A stretch of DNA of 64,000 nucleotides. It comes from a virus (taxonomy: Duplodnaviria; Caudoviricetes). Every line of letters begins with the position of its first letter. The stretch's first letter is position 1. The notes under the pieces were generated by a model. It was not told where the DNA came from and made no database searches. It worked only from the letters and a program-made list of their open reading frames with translations. The position numbers and the translations under genes are program-made. Where the stretch lies: positions 2,735 through 66,734 of IMG/VR virus record IMGVR_UViG_2630968832_000007. One strand, written 5' to 3'. This document shows positions 19,811-29,936 of the stretch, piece after piece.

Positions 19811-20494
19811 TTATATCTTTCCGGGGCGGCGATCAGGCTGGTGACGCTGCGACTCAATGCTGCTCACGATGTAATCGGGAGAACTGCATCCTTTTTCGTA
19901 GGCGATGGATATAGCGTCCAGGACCATTCCCAGCTCCATACCATCGGCGGCAGCAAGGACCTTTCGTTCCTGCTCGGGCTTTATGTCCTTCACCACCTCG
20001 CGGCAAAAGGCGACGATCTCCTGTTCTCTCTCTGACCAACCATCGTCGAACCCGTCGTCGTTCGCGTATGCGTGCGCGCGTATACGACGATTGTTATTGT
20101 TATTGTCTTTGTTATTGTATTTGTATTTGTATAGCTGGACTTGCTGGTCGGTGCTGGATTTGCTGGAAAGTGCTGGTTTTTTGCTGGCTTTTTGCTGGAC
20201 AAAGCGTCCGTTTTCGTCTTTTTCTGCGGATGCAGCCCTGATGCGTCCGGCCTCCCGGCGCTTTTCAACAATTTCCTGCCGGCGGATTTCAGCGCGCATC
20301 GAATTGTCTGCGATAAAAGAGAATGCCATATATACGTTCCCATCCTTTGGGAAATCGGGCTGAGTACCATCGCGGCCATACACCAACAGCGCCATAACCA
20401 GAGCGCCGACCTGTTCCAGAGACAACAGCCCAAGCTGTTCAATATACGAATAAAACATCGGGATGTATTTTGATTTTTCGGCGTCGTCCGGCAT
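19811..20494 (-). CDS. Phage replication initiator (DUF6291-like N-terminus)
   Basis: LLSLEQVGALVMALLVY...EKRREAG; internal iterons and low-complexity linker. Confidence 0.75.
   Translation of the reverse strand: MPDDAEKSKYIPMFYSYIEQLGLLSLEQVGALVMALLVYGRDGTQPDFPKDGNVYMAFSFIADNSMRAEIRRQEIVEKRREAGRIRAASAEKDENGRFVQQKASKKPALSSKSSTDQQVQLYKYKYNNKDNNNNNRRIRAHAYANDDGFDDGWSEREQEIVAFCREVVKDIKPEQERKVLAAADGMELGMVLDAISIAYEKGCSSPDYIVSSIESQRHQPDRRPGKI
20091..20199. repeat. Phage origin: seven GCTGG iterons at 9-11 bp spacing plus an AT-rich tract
   Basis: GCTGG at 20134, 20143, 20153, 20162, 20172, 20183 and 20194; TTGTTA/TTGTAT repeats at 20091-20132. Confidence 0.75.
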
Positions 20495-20508
20495 TGTTCG
20501 TCCTCGCT

Positions 20509-21048
20509 TTACTCGTTATCGTTGCCGCTGGCGGAATCGTCCGCTGCATCCGCCTGTGCGGCCGTAGGAGCGCTGTTTCCATCGGCTTCGACATTCTCAT
20601 CGGCAAGAATTTCCCCGTCTCCTATGACCTCAAATTCGGGGTCCTGCGCGATGCTGTCATTCGTGCCGCCGCCTTGCATTTTATTCGCTAACTTTTTTGT
20701 TTCCGACAAATTGATAAACACTACCTTCATCCAGAGTGCGCTTATTTTTTTGCAAATCCTCCGAAAACTCATAAGGAGACTGTCTTTTATAACAAGACCG
20801 CCGCCTTTCCCGAAATCCTCTGTAAGGTCGCCATCGTTAAAAACAAACGAAATCGAGCAATCGCGTGAATTGTATCCCACGGGATTATCCAGCATGCTGA
20901 TTTGCCCATCCATGCTGGTATCTGGGCTAATGATGATTCTTACCGGATACTTGTCCCGAAGAAATTTATACGTAAACCCATTTTCGGCGCAGACATTCTC
21001 TAATTTTTTCAGTTGGGCGTCCAACTGATCGTGCTCAATGTATGCCAT
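20509..21048 (-). CDS. Hypothetical phage protein
   Basis: MAYIEH start after GAGGAGG; acidic tail. Confidence 0.6.
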   Translation of the reverse strand: MAYIEHDQLDAQLKKLENVCAENGFTYKFLRDKYPVRIIISPDTSMDGQISMLDNPVGYNSRDCSISFVFNDGDLTEDFGKGGGLVIKDSLLMSFRRICKKISALWMKVVFINLSETKKLANKMQGGGTNDSIAQDPEFEVIGDGEILADENVEADGNSAPTAAQADAADDSASGNDNE

Positions 21049-21049
21049 A

Positions 21050-21751
21050 TTATATTTCCTCCTCTGCAATGATGATTCTTTTTCCGGTGGCCGCGGCGAC
21101 GGCCCGGCGCATAGCGTCGGGGTCGCCGTGCCTGCGGCTTATATGGAGCAATCGGATGTCCTGCACGCGGCTCAAGTCCTGGTGTGTTAGAAAAGCGATA
21201 CACTCCTGTAAACTCAGGTGGTTGTCGATTATACGCTGTGCCTGATATGCGTTGGTATCCGCCATGCTTTCGGTTCCCATGTGGTTGCATTCAATCAGAA
21301 TGTGGTCAAGCGGCGGAAAAGTATCTTCGGCGCGGCTCGTATCTGTCAAAAATACTAGGCGCTCACCGGTGCGAATGGATTCCAATAACCACCCCAACGG
21401 CTCTGCGACATCGTGGTATGTCGACATTGGGAGCACGGCAAATGTCCCAATGTCAACCCGCTGTCCGTGCTGTACCCGATGATACCCAGCGCTTTCATGT
21501 ATTCCTAAGAATCCGGCCGTCCCCTCGCTGCAGTAAACCGGGATGCCGCGTGCCATCACGTCGTGAACCGCCCGTGCATGGTCGCCATGCTCGTGTGTGA
21601 TGAGACAGGCGTCTACCCGGGAGAGTGTGAAGCGGCTCCGTCGCATCAGCTCACGCATTGAGATACCGCATTCCAACAGGAGTGTGGTGGTTCCATCGCC
21701 CACCAGATATGCATTGCCTGTGCTACCGCTGGCCAGTGTCTTTATTTCCAT
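21050..21751 (-). CDS. MBL-fold metallo-hydrolase (phage recombination exonuclease type)
   Basis: LASGSTGNAY, THEHGDH, HD, TDT, ECNH, HLS, HIS motifs. Confidence 0.9.
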   Translation of the reverse strand: MEIKTLASGSTGNAYLVGDGTTTLLLECGISMRELMRRSRFTLSRVDACLITHEHGDHARAVHDVMARGIPVYCSEGTAGFLGIHESAGYHRVQHGQRVDIGTFAVLPMSTYHDVAEPLGWLLESIRTGERLVFLTDTSRAEDTFPPLDHILIECNHMGTESMADTNAYQAQRIIDNHLSLQECIAFLTHQDLSRVQDIRLLHISRRHGDPDAMRRAVAAATGKRIIIAEEEI

Positions 21752-21763
21752 ACAGCCTCACCG

Positions 21764-22864
21764 TTAAAACGGAGCGGTGGTAACGGGCGGAGCCGCCGGG
21801 GCCGCCTGCTCTACTTTGCTGGTTGGCTCCACTGGTGCAGGTGCAGGCTCGGAGCGGGGCGGTGCCGCAGGCGGCATTTCTACTTCTTGCGGGCCGGATG
21901 GGAGAGCATCCATATCAGGAATTTCACGATATTCGGCGTCGATGGTGTTGTCGGATTCCGATACCGCCATGCTTTTGTAGTAGGCGGACAAGGAAAGTTC
22001 ATTTGCAAAATCCTTCGGGATAGGCTTGACCGCATTGTTGCGCATTTTACGCAAAATCATCCGCTCACGGCTCCCCTCCATCCAAGCGGGGGAAATGTAT
22101 GGCTTCAGTTCAGGAATGTCGAGGATCTCGTCGATGTCCCTTCCATCCATCAGAGCTTTCAGCTCGGACTTACGCGCATCAATTTGCTGTTTCTGCTGTA
22201 GCGTGGCCTTGTAACGGCTTTCTGCAATGCCGAAGGTTTCGTTCATCATGTTGTTGTTGATATGGGCGACCAAGTTCGCACGGACTTCAGCGCGCTCACT
22301 GATGAAATAGCGCACGGTGCCGTCCGTGAAGCGTACAGGATAGACGACGCGGGCATATTTTCCAGTGCCGCAGCGTTTCCAGGTGGGCGGCTCTACGTCG
22401 ATTCCGTGGTGTACGGGATAAGTAAATTCATCATCTACATGAACATCCCAATATGGATATACCTCTTCGACGCCATGGCCAAAGTTTCTCAGAATGACGT
22501 CGTTGCCATCTCCCTCAATGCCCATTTCGATGGAGGTTGTCCAGTTCCCATCCGGCTGCTTTTTCTTGCGCGTCTGGAAATAACATTCCCGCGGTCTCGA
22601 AAATGCGTTCAAGCGGAGCGTAGCCACCTGCTGCAAAATTTGCATGATTTCACTTTTTTGAAGCGCGGAGATTCCCTCAAGGCCCGCTCCAACGGCTGTT
22701 TCGTGCATCATTGTCAGCGCGTTTTCCATGCATAGATGTTGATAAAGGTCCACCGAACCACCATTGGAAATCTGTTTTTCCACCAATGGGATGTATGCGG
22801 CCCCTGTTTTCTGTACGATAGTGCGATAATCCGGCATTTTTGCGATTCCGTTATTTTCCGCCAT
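21764..22864 (-). CDS. Single-strand annealing recombinase (RecT-like)
   Basis: LRLNA..RECYF, MILRKMRNN; lies between the ATPase and MBL nuclease. Confidence 0.65.
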   Translation of the reverse strand: MAENNGIAKMPDYRTIVQKTGAAYIPLVEKQISNGGSVDLYQHLCMENALTMMHETAVGAGLEGISALQKSEIMQILQQVATLRLNAFSRPRECYFQTRKKKQPDGNWTTSIEMGIEGDGNDVILRNFGHGVEEVYPYWDVHVDDEFTYPVHHGIDVEPPTWKRCGTGKYARVVYPVRFTDGTVRYFISERAEVRANLVAHINNNMMNETFGIAESRYKATLQQKQQIDARKSELKALMDGRDIDEILDIPELKPYISPAWMEGSRERMILRKMRNNAVKPIPKDFANELSLSAYYKSMAVSESDNTIDAEYREIPDMDALPSGPQEVEMPPAAPPRSEPAPAPVEPTSKVEQAAPAAPPVTTAPF

Positions 22865-22870
22865 GATACT

Positions 22871-24829
22871 TTAATCCCCTTTCAGCCCCAGTTTTTCGCC
22901 GGGGATCACATTCAAATTGATGACCTGCATTTCATCCGGCAGTGTTAAATCGGTAACGCTCTCCCGGTTATCCAGGAACAGCGGGAGCGAAATGTCCGCC
23001 GCCCGGCTGAATGCCTGCACGATCTCCACGTTCGCCTGCATTTTGGACGCGGTATTCAGAGCACCGTATGGAACACCGTCCACCATTGCCTCGCAGACCT
23101 CTCGCAGACCGCCGTTTTTCTGCTGCTCAAACAGTTTGAAGCGCACCGTGGGAAAATGCTTGTTGACGCGCTCGGTCAGAAGTGTCACCAGCGTGCGGGT
23201 ATATTCCTCGCACATAGACAGCCCGCGCTCCGCTTCCTCCAATTGATGAAGAGTGTCACGCTGTTCTGCTTCAAGCTCCTGGATACGGGTTTCGAGCGCC
23301 GCGTTGCGGTCGATTTCAGCCAGCCGTGAGGTCATTGTATCGGATTGGGCCTGCATGTCTGCCAGTTTCTGGCGCTTTTCCTGAACAACCTGTTCGGCCG
23401 CTTGGGCGCTGGCTTGGATTGCTTGCCGCAATTCTTCAGCCTTGGCTTTCAGATTCGTTTCCTCCGCATCCAGTTCCGCGAAAAGTCCCATCTGTGTTAC
23501 AGGAGGCTTTTCCGCGATCACCATATCATAGGCTGCGGCTGCCGCCTTGGCGGCACGCTCACATGTATCCAGGTCCTCGCGCAAGCGTGCCGCTTTTTTC
23601 TCCATTTTCTCGACGTCCTGAGCGGCTTTGGCACCCTTGGCCGCAATATCCGACAACCGTTCAGATTTGGAAACATTAAAATTCTCCTGCGCCTCCTGCA
23701 CCAGTTCCGCAGGCAATGCCTGTCCGCAGGTCGGGCATGTCTGCGCAATGTCAGGCACGGTCCCGTTCACTTCCACCCATTCAACCCGCAGACGGTCACG
23801 TTCAGCAGCTAGGAAGTCCCGTTCCCGATTCAGGGAACGAAGTTCCGCAGCAAGCGTTTCCACCCGGCACATTGCATTTTGTTTTTCACGGGTAGCGTCA
23901 TCAACACGGCGGTTGTGCTCTTCCAGCCATCCCGCATTACCGGACGCCTCCAGCACGCGGCGCTTATTGGGGATCATCTCCAAATACTGCTGTACTTTTT
24001 CAAGTTCCTGCTGGTTATGCCGCTGTACAGCGTCCGCCGTCGTGTGCTCGATCTCGTACTGCAGTTTGGCGATTTCAACATTGAGCTTGCTGCGCTCGTT
24101 TTTGACGGCCCCGGCGTCGGATACGGGGTGCAGCTGCTTTCGGTTTTCGTCGATGCGCGCGGGTAATGCCGACAGGGAATCCTTATACCGCTTACGGCGT
24201 TCTGTGCAGATCCGGGAAAATTCATCCACTGAATGCGTCCCCAGCATGCTTTCCAAATCGGAAAGCTCTGGATTGGCAGTAAATACGTCCGCCGGCTGCA
24301 GGCTGCCGAACTGCTCCAGCAGAAGGCGCCGCCGCTCTTTATAGTCCTTTGTCTGCTCCGAGAACCAGACTGCATTGAGCAGCAGCGGAAGCAACTTTTC
24401 CGGGAACACACCAAAAATGGCGGAGCTATATTCCCCTGCACTCACGGGAACTTCGTCGATGAAATAGCGCGTTTCGTCGCCGTTATATTCCGTCTCGGCG
24501 CTTCCGCGACGTTTCGTCCAGCGTTCGCATATGGAACGCTGCAGAACGAGCGTGTGCCCGTCCGGCATTGAGAGAGTAGCTGTCACCGTAGGACTGCAGC
24601 CGGACAAGCGGTTCCCGTCTGTTCCCAGCGGAAACACATTGTAATTTTCACGGCCCTGTGCGTCCTTACCGGTCAAGAGCCAGAGAAAAGCAGCCATCAA
24701 CGTGCTTTTTCCCGTCCCATTGCCCCCCTGTACTGTGGCGCTGCGCCCGTCGGGAGTAAGTACAAAATTCTTTATGCCGCGAAAATTTTCGACGTACAGC
24801 TTCAGCAGTTTCACAACTTTCAACATCAT
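22871..24829 (-). CDS. SMC/Rad50-like AAA ATPase
   Basis: ENFRGIK, GGNGTGKST, long coiled coil with CPTCG hook, LFLDNRES. Confidence 0.88.
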   Translation of the reverse strand: MMLKVVKLLKLYVENFRGIKNFVLTPDGRSATVQGGNGTGKSTLMAAFLWLLTGKDAQGRENYNVFPLGTDGNRLSGCSPTVTATLSMPDGHTLVLQRSICERWTKRRGSAETEYNGDETRYFIDEVPVSAGEYSSAIFGVFPEKLLPLLLNAVWFSEQTKDYKERRRLLLEQFGSLQPADVFTANPELSDLESMLGTHSVDEFSRICTERRKRYKDSLSALPARIDENRKQLHPVSDAGAVKNERSKLNVEIAKLQYEIEHTTADAVQRHNQQELEKVQQYLEMIPNKRRVLEASGNAGWLEEHNRRVDDATREKQNAMCRVETLAAELRSLNRERDFLAAERDRLRVEWVEVNGTVPDIAQTCPTCGQALPAELVQEAQENFNVSKSERLSDIAAKGAKAAQDVEKMEKKAARLREDLDTCERAAKAAAAAYDMVIAEKPPVTQMGLFAELDAEETNLKAKAEELRQAIQASAQAAEQVVQEKRQKLADMQAQSDTMTSRLAEIDRNAALETRIQELEAEQRDTLHQLEEAERGLSMCEEYTRTLVTLLTERVNKHFPTVRFKLFEQQKNGGLREVCEAMVDGVPYGALNTASKMQANVEIVQAFSRAADISLPLFLDNRESVTDLTLPDEMQVINLNVIPGEKLGLKGD

Positions 24830-24839
24830 TCACCCCTTT

Positions 24840-25142
24840 TCAACCAAGCGTCATTTGCGTGACCGCTTGAGGACGTGGCTGAGGAACCTTATCCGGCGGC
24901 AGCGGGCCGTCGGTGATGTGTTTCAGCAGCGGGCGGATTTTCGGATCAATCGTGTGTTCCTGCACGTTCACCGCCACGACTTTAGCCAAAGTACCGCCCA
25001 GGCGTGTGTCTGCATAGACGATATCGCCCACAGCAAGCCTTTTGTCCGCAATATACGTATATTCACGACCGCTGTATATGCCGGGCTGGCTTCGGTCAGC
25101 GAACTGCACAGCGACATAATTTGTTTTGATAATAGTGCTCAT
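24840..25142 (-). CDS. Hypothetical phage protein
   Basis: 100 aa, GREYTY..LAVGDIV. Confidence 0.6.
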   Translation of the reverse strand: MSTIIKTNYVAVQFADRSQPGIYSGREYTYIADKRLAVGDIVYADTRLGGTLAKVVAVNVQEHTIDPKIRPLLKHITDGPLPPDKVPQPRPQAVTQMTLG

Positions 25143-27307
25143 TCTTGTTCCTCCTCGTCATCATCCCATTCGCAATCCAAAATCTTCCTTGCAGCTTCAA
25201 GAAGCGGCGCTGCGGCGCTTGAAAAATCATCATCGGAAAGTTCTTTCGCAACTGCCCAAAACGAGGCCCGAATGCCGTTCAGTACCTGCGCAGCGTTTAC
25301 TGCAAATTCCGCCGCCGCCATATATGTGGCGCTCTCTGCACTGTCAATGATTTTCCGTGCGTCGTCCAGATCTTCCTGCATGCCACGCACTTGCGCTTGC
25401 AGCATAGACGTCATTTCCCGGGCTTTTTCACCGGCTCGACGTTCCACTTCGGCGGGGTCTGGCTCCTGGACCGCTACCTCCACAGGACGGGCCTCCAATT
25501 CCTTGATGCGCTCCTTGGCATCGAACAGCTCGCTTATCACCGGCCTTGTTTCCAGTGCATCCGCTTTTTCCTGCGCATGCTTTGCCTGTGCCCGGGCTGT
25601 GGCAGCTTCGTCGCGCAGCGCATCATTGGCGTAGCGCAGGCGTTCCGCTTCCGCGGTGGCCTTCTCCCGCGCCTCGCGTTCGGCTTTCAGCCGGGCCTCC
25701 AGTTCCCTGTACTGCTTGTGTGTGGTGATATCGCCGCCTTTGAGCGCTTCAACGGCCTCTGGCTCTGCGGATGGACGGGCGGCGGCGTAGAGCAGCGAAG
25801 GGCTGGCCTGCTTCAAAATTTTCTGCTCGTTTGGAGTACTGCTTTCAAGAAGATTGCTGACCTGCAGTAGCCGGTAGGCGGCATCCTTTCCAATCCCTAC
25901 GCTGGCACACCATGCACGGAAAGTATTTTCAGAATACTGATTACCGCGCTTGTCGCAATTTGCGACAAGCTCATCATGAGCCATGCCCACCGCGTCGGCC
26001 ACCTTGATGACGTATTCCTTTCGGGCGCTGCGTATGATATTTTCTGCGCTGTGCAGCGTGGCCACCGTCTGTGCGTCCAGTCCGGAGTAGTCAAAGGGCG
26101 TGGCCTCCGGCTCCGCTTCCAAAGAGGCAGGCCCAGCAGCGGACAGGCTTTGTGTCGCACTGCCAGCATCCGCAGGGCAGCCGGGGGCCGGCAAGGTGTT
26201 TGCATCCGTCGGGGTGGTCGATGTTTCCGCTGGCTCCGGCGCAGCACTCCCGGCCGTGGTCGCAGCAGCATCCCCATTCGGGACAGATTGATTTTTGCAT
26301 TTTCCCACTTCCTTCTCCAGTCTTTCGTCCGGACACGTCTCTTCTGCCGGCGCCGGACACTCTTCGTATGGTGCAAAGCACCCGAAGCCTCCGTCCGTCT
26401 TATCACATCCAGCCTGCGGACATGAGCTTTCAATACAATCCGGGCAGCGACAAGTGTCACAAGGTGAATACTCTTCTCCCTCATCTACAACCTCCGGAGG
26501 TTCGCTGCTCGCCGGACCGGACACCAGCTCCCAGCCGTCGCGTTTCGCACGGGCCTCCAAAACTTCCTCCAGGCTTTCGCGATAGATGTTTCCGATATTC
26601 CAATTCGCACACCATTTCCAGGTGGCGCTGTTCGCCGGGTCACGGTACTGCATCACATATGAGCCGTGTTCCGGTTGCGGGCTTACCCGGTACAGCCAGC
26701 CCGTGGCTGGGTCTCTGTATATCAGCATAGCGTTTGTCTCCTTATCCATCTCGGCAGCGTCTTTGTGTGCCGCTGCCTTTCCCTGCTCAATATCGCGCAG
26801 GATTTTTTGCTTTTCGGCATCAGCGTCCATGTCTTTTCGGTGAAAGGTTTCATCGAAAAATTCAGCCCATAGGGCACGCTTCGCAGCAATTCCCTTTTTG
26901 TTTTGCGAGCAGGCAAGCGTATACCGATACCGTCCTTCGTCTACATATTCCGCCGGCCGGATGCGGTCCCGGGAGAAGCCGCCGGAAAGCTCGCCATTGG
27001 GATAATGCTCTTTTACCCAATCGCTCACACGCTCCAGAAAATCAAAATCCAGGCTTATGATTCGGATGGTCGTTTTATCGTCAAGATGGCCGTGTAATTC
27101 TGTACGGTATTCCAAAGTTGGCGACATGCGGCATTCATACCCTTTTACGTCCATAACCATTGCATGCCGTGTATGGTCCCATTCGGTCGCCCCCCAGGGC
27201 ATCAGATACGGGCAGCCCTCGCAGCCCTCCGTCTCCCGGTTCCCTGTGTTGTCGGCATTTGTGCTTTTATTTACCGCCCGGCCGCACTTGCAGAGGTATC
27301 GGTTCAA
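25139..27307 (-). CDS. Multidomain phage protein (Cys-rich N-terminus, DUF3102-like domain, coiled coil)
   Basis: 722 aa; FDYSGLD...FRAWC..VGI...AYRLLQV. Confidence 0.6.
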   Translation of the reverse strand: MNRYLCKCGRAVNKSTNADNTGNRETEGCEGCPYLMPWGATEWDHTRHAMVMDVKGYECRMSPTLEYRTELHGHLDDKTTIRIISLDFDFLERVSDWVKEHYPNGELSGGFSRDRIRPAEYVDEGRYRYTLACSQNKKGIAAKRALWAEFFDETFHRKDMDADAEKQKILRDIEQGKAAAHKDAAEMDKETNAMLIYRDPATGWLYRVSPQPEHGSYVMQYRDPANSATWKWCANWNIGNIYRESLEEVLEARAKRDGWELVSGPASSEPPEVVDEGEEYSPCDTCRCPDCIESSCPQAGCDKTDGGFGCFAPYEECPAPAEETCPDERLEKEVGKCKNQSVPNGDAAATTAGSAAPEPAETSTTPTDANTLPAPGCPADAGSATQSLSAAGPASLEAEPEATPFDYSGLDAQTVATLHSAENIIRSARKEYVIKVADAVGMAHDELVANCDKRGNQYSENTFRAWCASVGIGKDAAYRLLQVSNLLESSTPNEQKILKQASPSLLYAAARPSAEPEAVEALKGGDITTHKQYRELEARLKAEREAREKATAEAERLRYANDALRDEAATARAQAKHAQEKADALETRPVISELFDAKERIKELEARPVEVAVQEPDPAEVERRAGEKAREMTSMLQAQVRGMQEDLDDARKIIDSAESATYMAAAEFAVNAAQVLNGIRASFWAVAKELSDDDFSSAAAPLLEAARKILDCEWDDDEEEQE

Positions 27308-27630
27308 AACCAGTCACCCCCGGGCAGGACGATGGACTTCTTCACGGCCTTTAAATCGTCCTCATACACTGCTGCAAGTTCATGGCCGCAGCGCCTGCAG
27401 AACACGACCGGCCCGCGCAGGAGCATGTCCGTTTCCGGGATCATGCACGATATCGGCATGTCTTCGGGCGATATCTCGCCGCTGGTGATGGCGAAAATTC
27501 CGCTGGATCCGATTCGGTTTTCGCAGATATCGCCGCCGCAAAAGTGCTGCACTGCTTCGGTGGTGTCCAAGAGCGCCGGGATATCGTTAAATTTCGGGGC
27601 CTCGCCCGGGCGTAATGTAATAACTCTCAT
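27304..27630 (-). CDS. Hypothetical phage protein
   Basis: MRVITLRPGEAP after AAGGAGG; LRGPVVF. Confidence 0.55.
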   Translation of the reverse strand: MRVITLRPGEAPKFNDIPALLDTTEAVQHFCGGDICENRIGSSGIFAITSGEISPEDMPISCMIPETDMLLRGPVVFCRRCGHELAAVYEDDLKAVKKSIVLPGGDWF

Positions 27631-27884
27631 TGATGTATACCTCCTTGATGTGTTACAATGGAGGCGGTCTTGGTGGGAACTTTGACCGCTTGGCGCTTGT
27701 CCGTGTTCGCAGCACGGGCGGGCGCCTCTTTTTTTGTCTGTTTGCTGCAACTCCATGCTGCCATACCGAGCAGTGCCGCGATGGTGAACAATCCTGTCCA
27801 TGGGGCCGTCTGTCCGCTCACAATACCGTCCAAAACGGCAATGGAAAGAATCGCCGCGGCTACGGTAACAACTTTATACTGCAT
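27627..27884 (-). CDS. Small membrane protein
   Basis: Two hydrophobic segments followed by KKEAPARAANT. Confidence 0.5.
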   Translation of the reverse strand: MQYKVVTVAAAILSIAVLDGIVSGQTAPWTGLFTIAALLGMAAWSCSKQTKKEAPARAANTDKRQAVKVPTKTASIVTHQGGIHQ

Positions 27885-28086
27885 GCGTGTCACCACCCTG
27901 TTCCTTTTCCCGTTCCGCTGCCTCTCTGTCCATCCGTGCCAAGCACATTTCCAGCAGAATCTCATAGGCTGGATGTCCGGCGGGGATTACATACCCCTCG
28001 ATGCTATCCAGCACAGTTCCGTCCATAAGGCGGTGAACTACCACCGGATGGTCATAGTCAACGGTGCTTTTTACTCTTTTTGCCAT
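27874..28086 (-). CDS. Hypothetical phage protein
   Basis: MAKRVK after AAAGGAG; DGTVLDSIEGYVIP. Confidence 0.55.
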   Translation of the reverse strand: MAKRVKSTVDYDHPVVVHRLMDGTVLDSIEGYVIPAGHPAYEILLEMCLARMDREAAEREKEQGGDTHAV

Positions 28087-28140
28087 GATGCTTGCTCCTT
28101 TCAAAAAGCTTATATTTTCCGCCGCCTCCGGGCGGCTTTT

Positions 28141-28695
28141 TCATTGCCGTGCGGTGATATCTTCTACCAGCGCATCCACGTGCGCCTGCGCGTCCCGAGC
28201 GTACTTGCGGCAGGCATCCCGGGCGGCGCGGCAATTATCATAATGCTTACGCGCCGAATCGTACCGCTGACAGGCTGCGGAGGTCATTTCCTCCCACTCA
28301 GCCGTCATCCTGCGCCAGTCTGCCAGCATCTGCTGTGCAGCGCTTAGACGGTCAAGCTGTTTCTGCAATACGCCGTAGGTTCCCGTTCTGCGAATCGTGG
28401 GCAATACATCGTGTGTCACCCACCGTTTGAATGCTTTGGCCTCCGGCTTGTCCGACCGCAGGATGACCGCGTACAGGCCCGGCTCGTTGATGATGGTGGT
28501 TTTCTGGGTACGTCCCAGCGCGTCGATGAGGTCAGCCAGACTTACCTCATCCTCGTCGAGCCGTTGAGCAACCATTTTGTGGTTGGTAATACCGAGTACC
28601 CGGCAGACATCCCGCAGCACCCACCACAGGCCGTCCTCCCGCTGGATTGTGCGGAGTTCCTCTCCGCTGTAGGCAAAGATTTTAAGTTCGTTCAT
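28141..28695 (-). CDS. BRO-N antirepressor
   Basis: WWVLRDVCRVLGI...INEPGLYAVILRSDKPEAKAFKRWVTHDVLPTIRRTGTY. Confidence 0.92.
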   Translation of the reverse strand: MNELKIFAYSGEELRTIQREDGLWWVLRDVCRVLGITNHKMVAQRLDEDEVSLADLIDALGRTQKTTIINEPGLYAVILRSDKPEAKAFKRWVTHDVLPTIRRTGTYGVLQKQLDRLSAAQQMLADWRRMTAEWEEMTSAACQRYDSARKHYDNCRAARDACRKYARDAQAHVDALVEDITARQ

Positions 28696-28713
28696 GGTGT
28701 CTCCTTTCGGGTT

Positions 28714-29063
28714 GTAGATTATTTTTCTACATTTGAGGCAAAAAAAATTTCTTCTTTTTCTCCTGCACTCAAATTTAGAATTTTGGTAAGCAAATTCACT
28801 TCGCTCACCTTGAATTCGAACACGTTGTTGATTTTAAGCTGCAATCCATAAGGCGTTAGTCCAAGCTGATTTGCAATATATTTATATTTTAGACCAGCTT
28901 CTTCAATCCTTCTGCGCAGCGTCATTGTGTCAGTCAAGCATTTCACCTCCATTCGTAGATTTATTTTCTACATTCACATATTACCACCTCGTAGAATAGA
29001 TGTCAACATTTTTTTATGAATCGTTAAATAAAAGTTGAATTTAAGGATACACCATGGTAATAT
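28714..29063. promoter_or_regulatory. Lysis/lysogeny switch: four 17-bp operators (GTWGA-N7-TCWAC-like) and divergent promoters
   Basis: Operators at 28714-28730, 28955-28971, 28991-29007 and 29034-29050; leftward TTGACA-17-TAATAT, rightward TTGAAT-17-TAATAT. Confidence 0.8.
28719..28937 (-). CDS. Cro-like HTH regulator
   Basis: TTG start after GGAGGTG; GLKYKYIANQLGLT...FKVSEV; divergent from cI. Confidence 0.85.
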   Translation of the reverse strand: MTDTMTLRRRIEEAGLKYKYIANQLGLTPYGLQLKINNVFEFKVSEVNLLTKILNLSAGEKEEIFFASNVEK

Positions 29064-29087
29064 AAGAATTGTAAAGGGGCTGACAAT

Positions 29088-29714
29088 ATGGATATTTACC
29101 AACGAATACGCAACCGGCGCGAAGAACTAGGAATGTCGCAAGATGATTTGGCTCAAAAAATGGGGTATAAGTCTCGTTCATCCATCAACAAAATAGAAAT
29201 GGGCCTCAATGATATTTCACAATCCAAAGTTGTCGCATTTGCCGAGGCCCTCGACACCACCCCCGCCTACCTCATGGGGTGGGAGGTGACCAGCAAGCCC
29301 ACAGAGGTTCCCCCGGGTTTTATGCCTCTTCCTGAGACCTGCAAAGTGCCGCTGGTGGGCCGCATCGCCTGCGGACAACCTATCACTGCGGAGGAAAACA
29401 TTGAGGACTATTTGGACGTACCTGTTGGCCACCACGTCGATTTCGCGCTGCTTTGCGAAGGTGACAGCATGGTCGATGCTGGAATAGATGACGGCGATGT
29501 GGTCTATATCCGTAAACAGCCAGATGTCGAAAACGGACAAATCGCCGCCGTGAGAATTGACAACGAGGCCACTCTAAAGCGAGTTTACAAGTATGTTGAT
29601 CGTATCGTTCTGCAGCCTGAAAATCGTGCCTATCCTCCGCTCACTTACGTGGGGGCTGAAATGAATCAAGTCACCATCGAAGGAAAGGCTGTTGGCTGGT
29701 TGCACTGGGTGTAA
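29088..29714 (+). CDS. CI/LexA-like repressor (XRE HTH + S24 peptidase)
   Basis: HTH, GRIACGQP cleavage loop, GDSM Ser and ATLKR Lys. Confidence 0.93.
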   Translation: MDIYQRIRNRREELGMSQDDLAQKMGYKSRSSINKIEMGLNDISQSKVVAFAEALDTTPAYLMGWEVTSKPTEVPPGFMPLPETCKVPLVGRIACGQPITAEENIEDYLDVPVGHHVDFALLCEGDSMVDAGIDDGDVVYIRKQPDVENGQIAAVRIDNEATLKRVYKYVDRIVLQPENRAYPPLTYVGAEMNQVTIEGKAVGWLHWV

Positions 29715-29735
29715 TCGAACACGAGGTATTAAGCA

Positions 29736-29936
29736 ATGGAGAATGTAATCAACAAGGAAGAACTCAAGCGGGCCGGAGAATTCATAGCTGCAGCCTTAAA
29801 AGTGTGCAAACGCCCTGAAAAGGATTATACGTTCGTTTGCCCGTCATGCGGTGGAACTGCCCATGTAAGGATGGCAGCCGTGAACGGGCATCGCCACGGT
29901 TATTGTGACAATTGCGAACTGTATTTCATGGAGTAA
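29736..29936 (+). CDS. Small zinc-ribbon protein
   Basis: CPSCGG...CDNC. Confidence 0.6.
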   Translation: MENVINKEELKRAGEFIAAALKVCKRPEKDYTFVCPSCGGTAHVRMAAVNGHRHGYCDNCELYFME

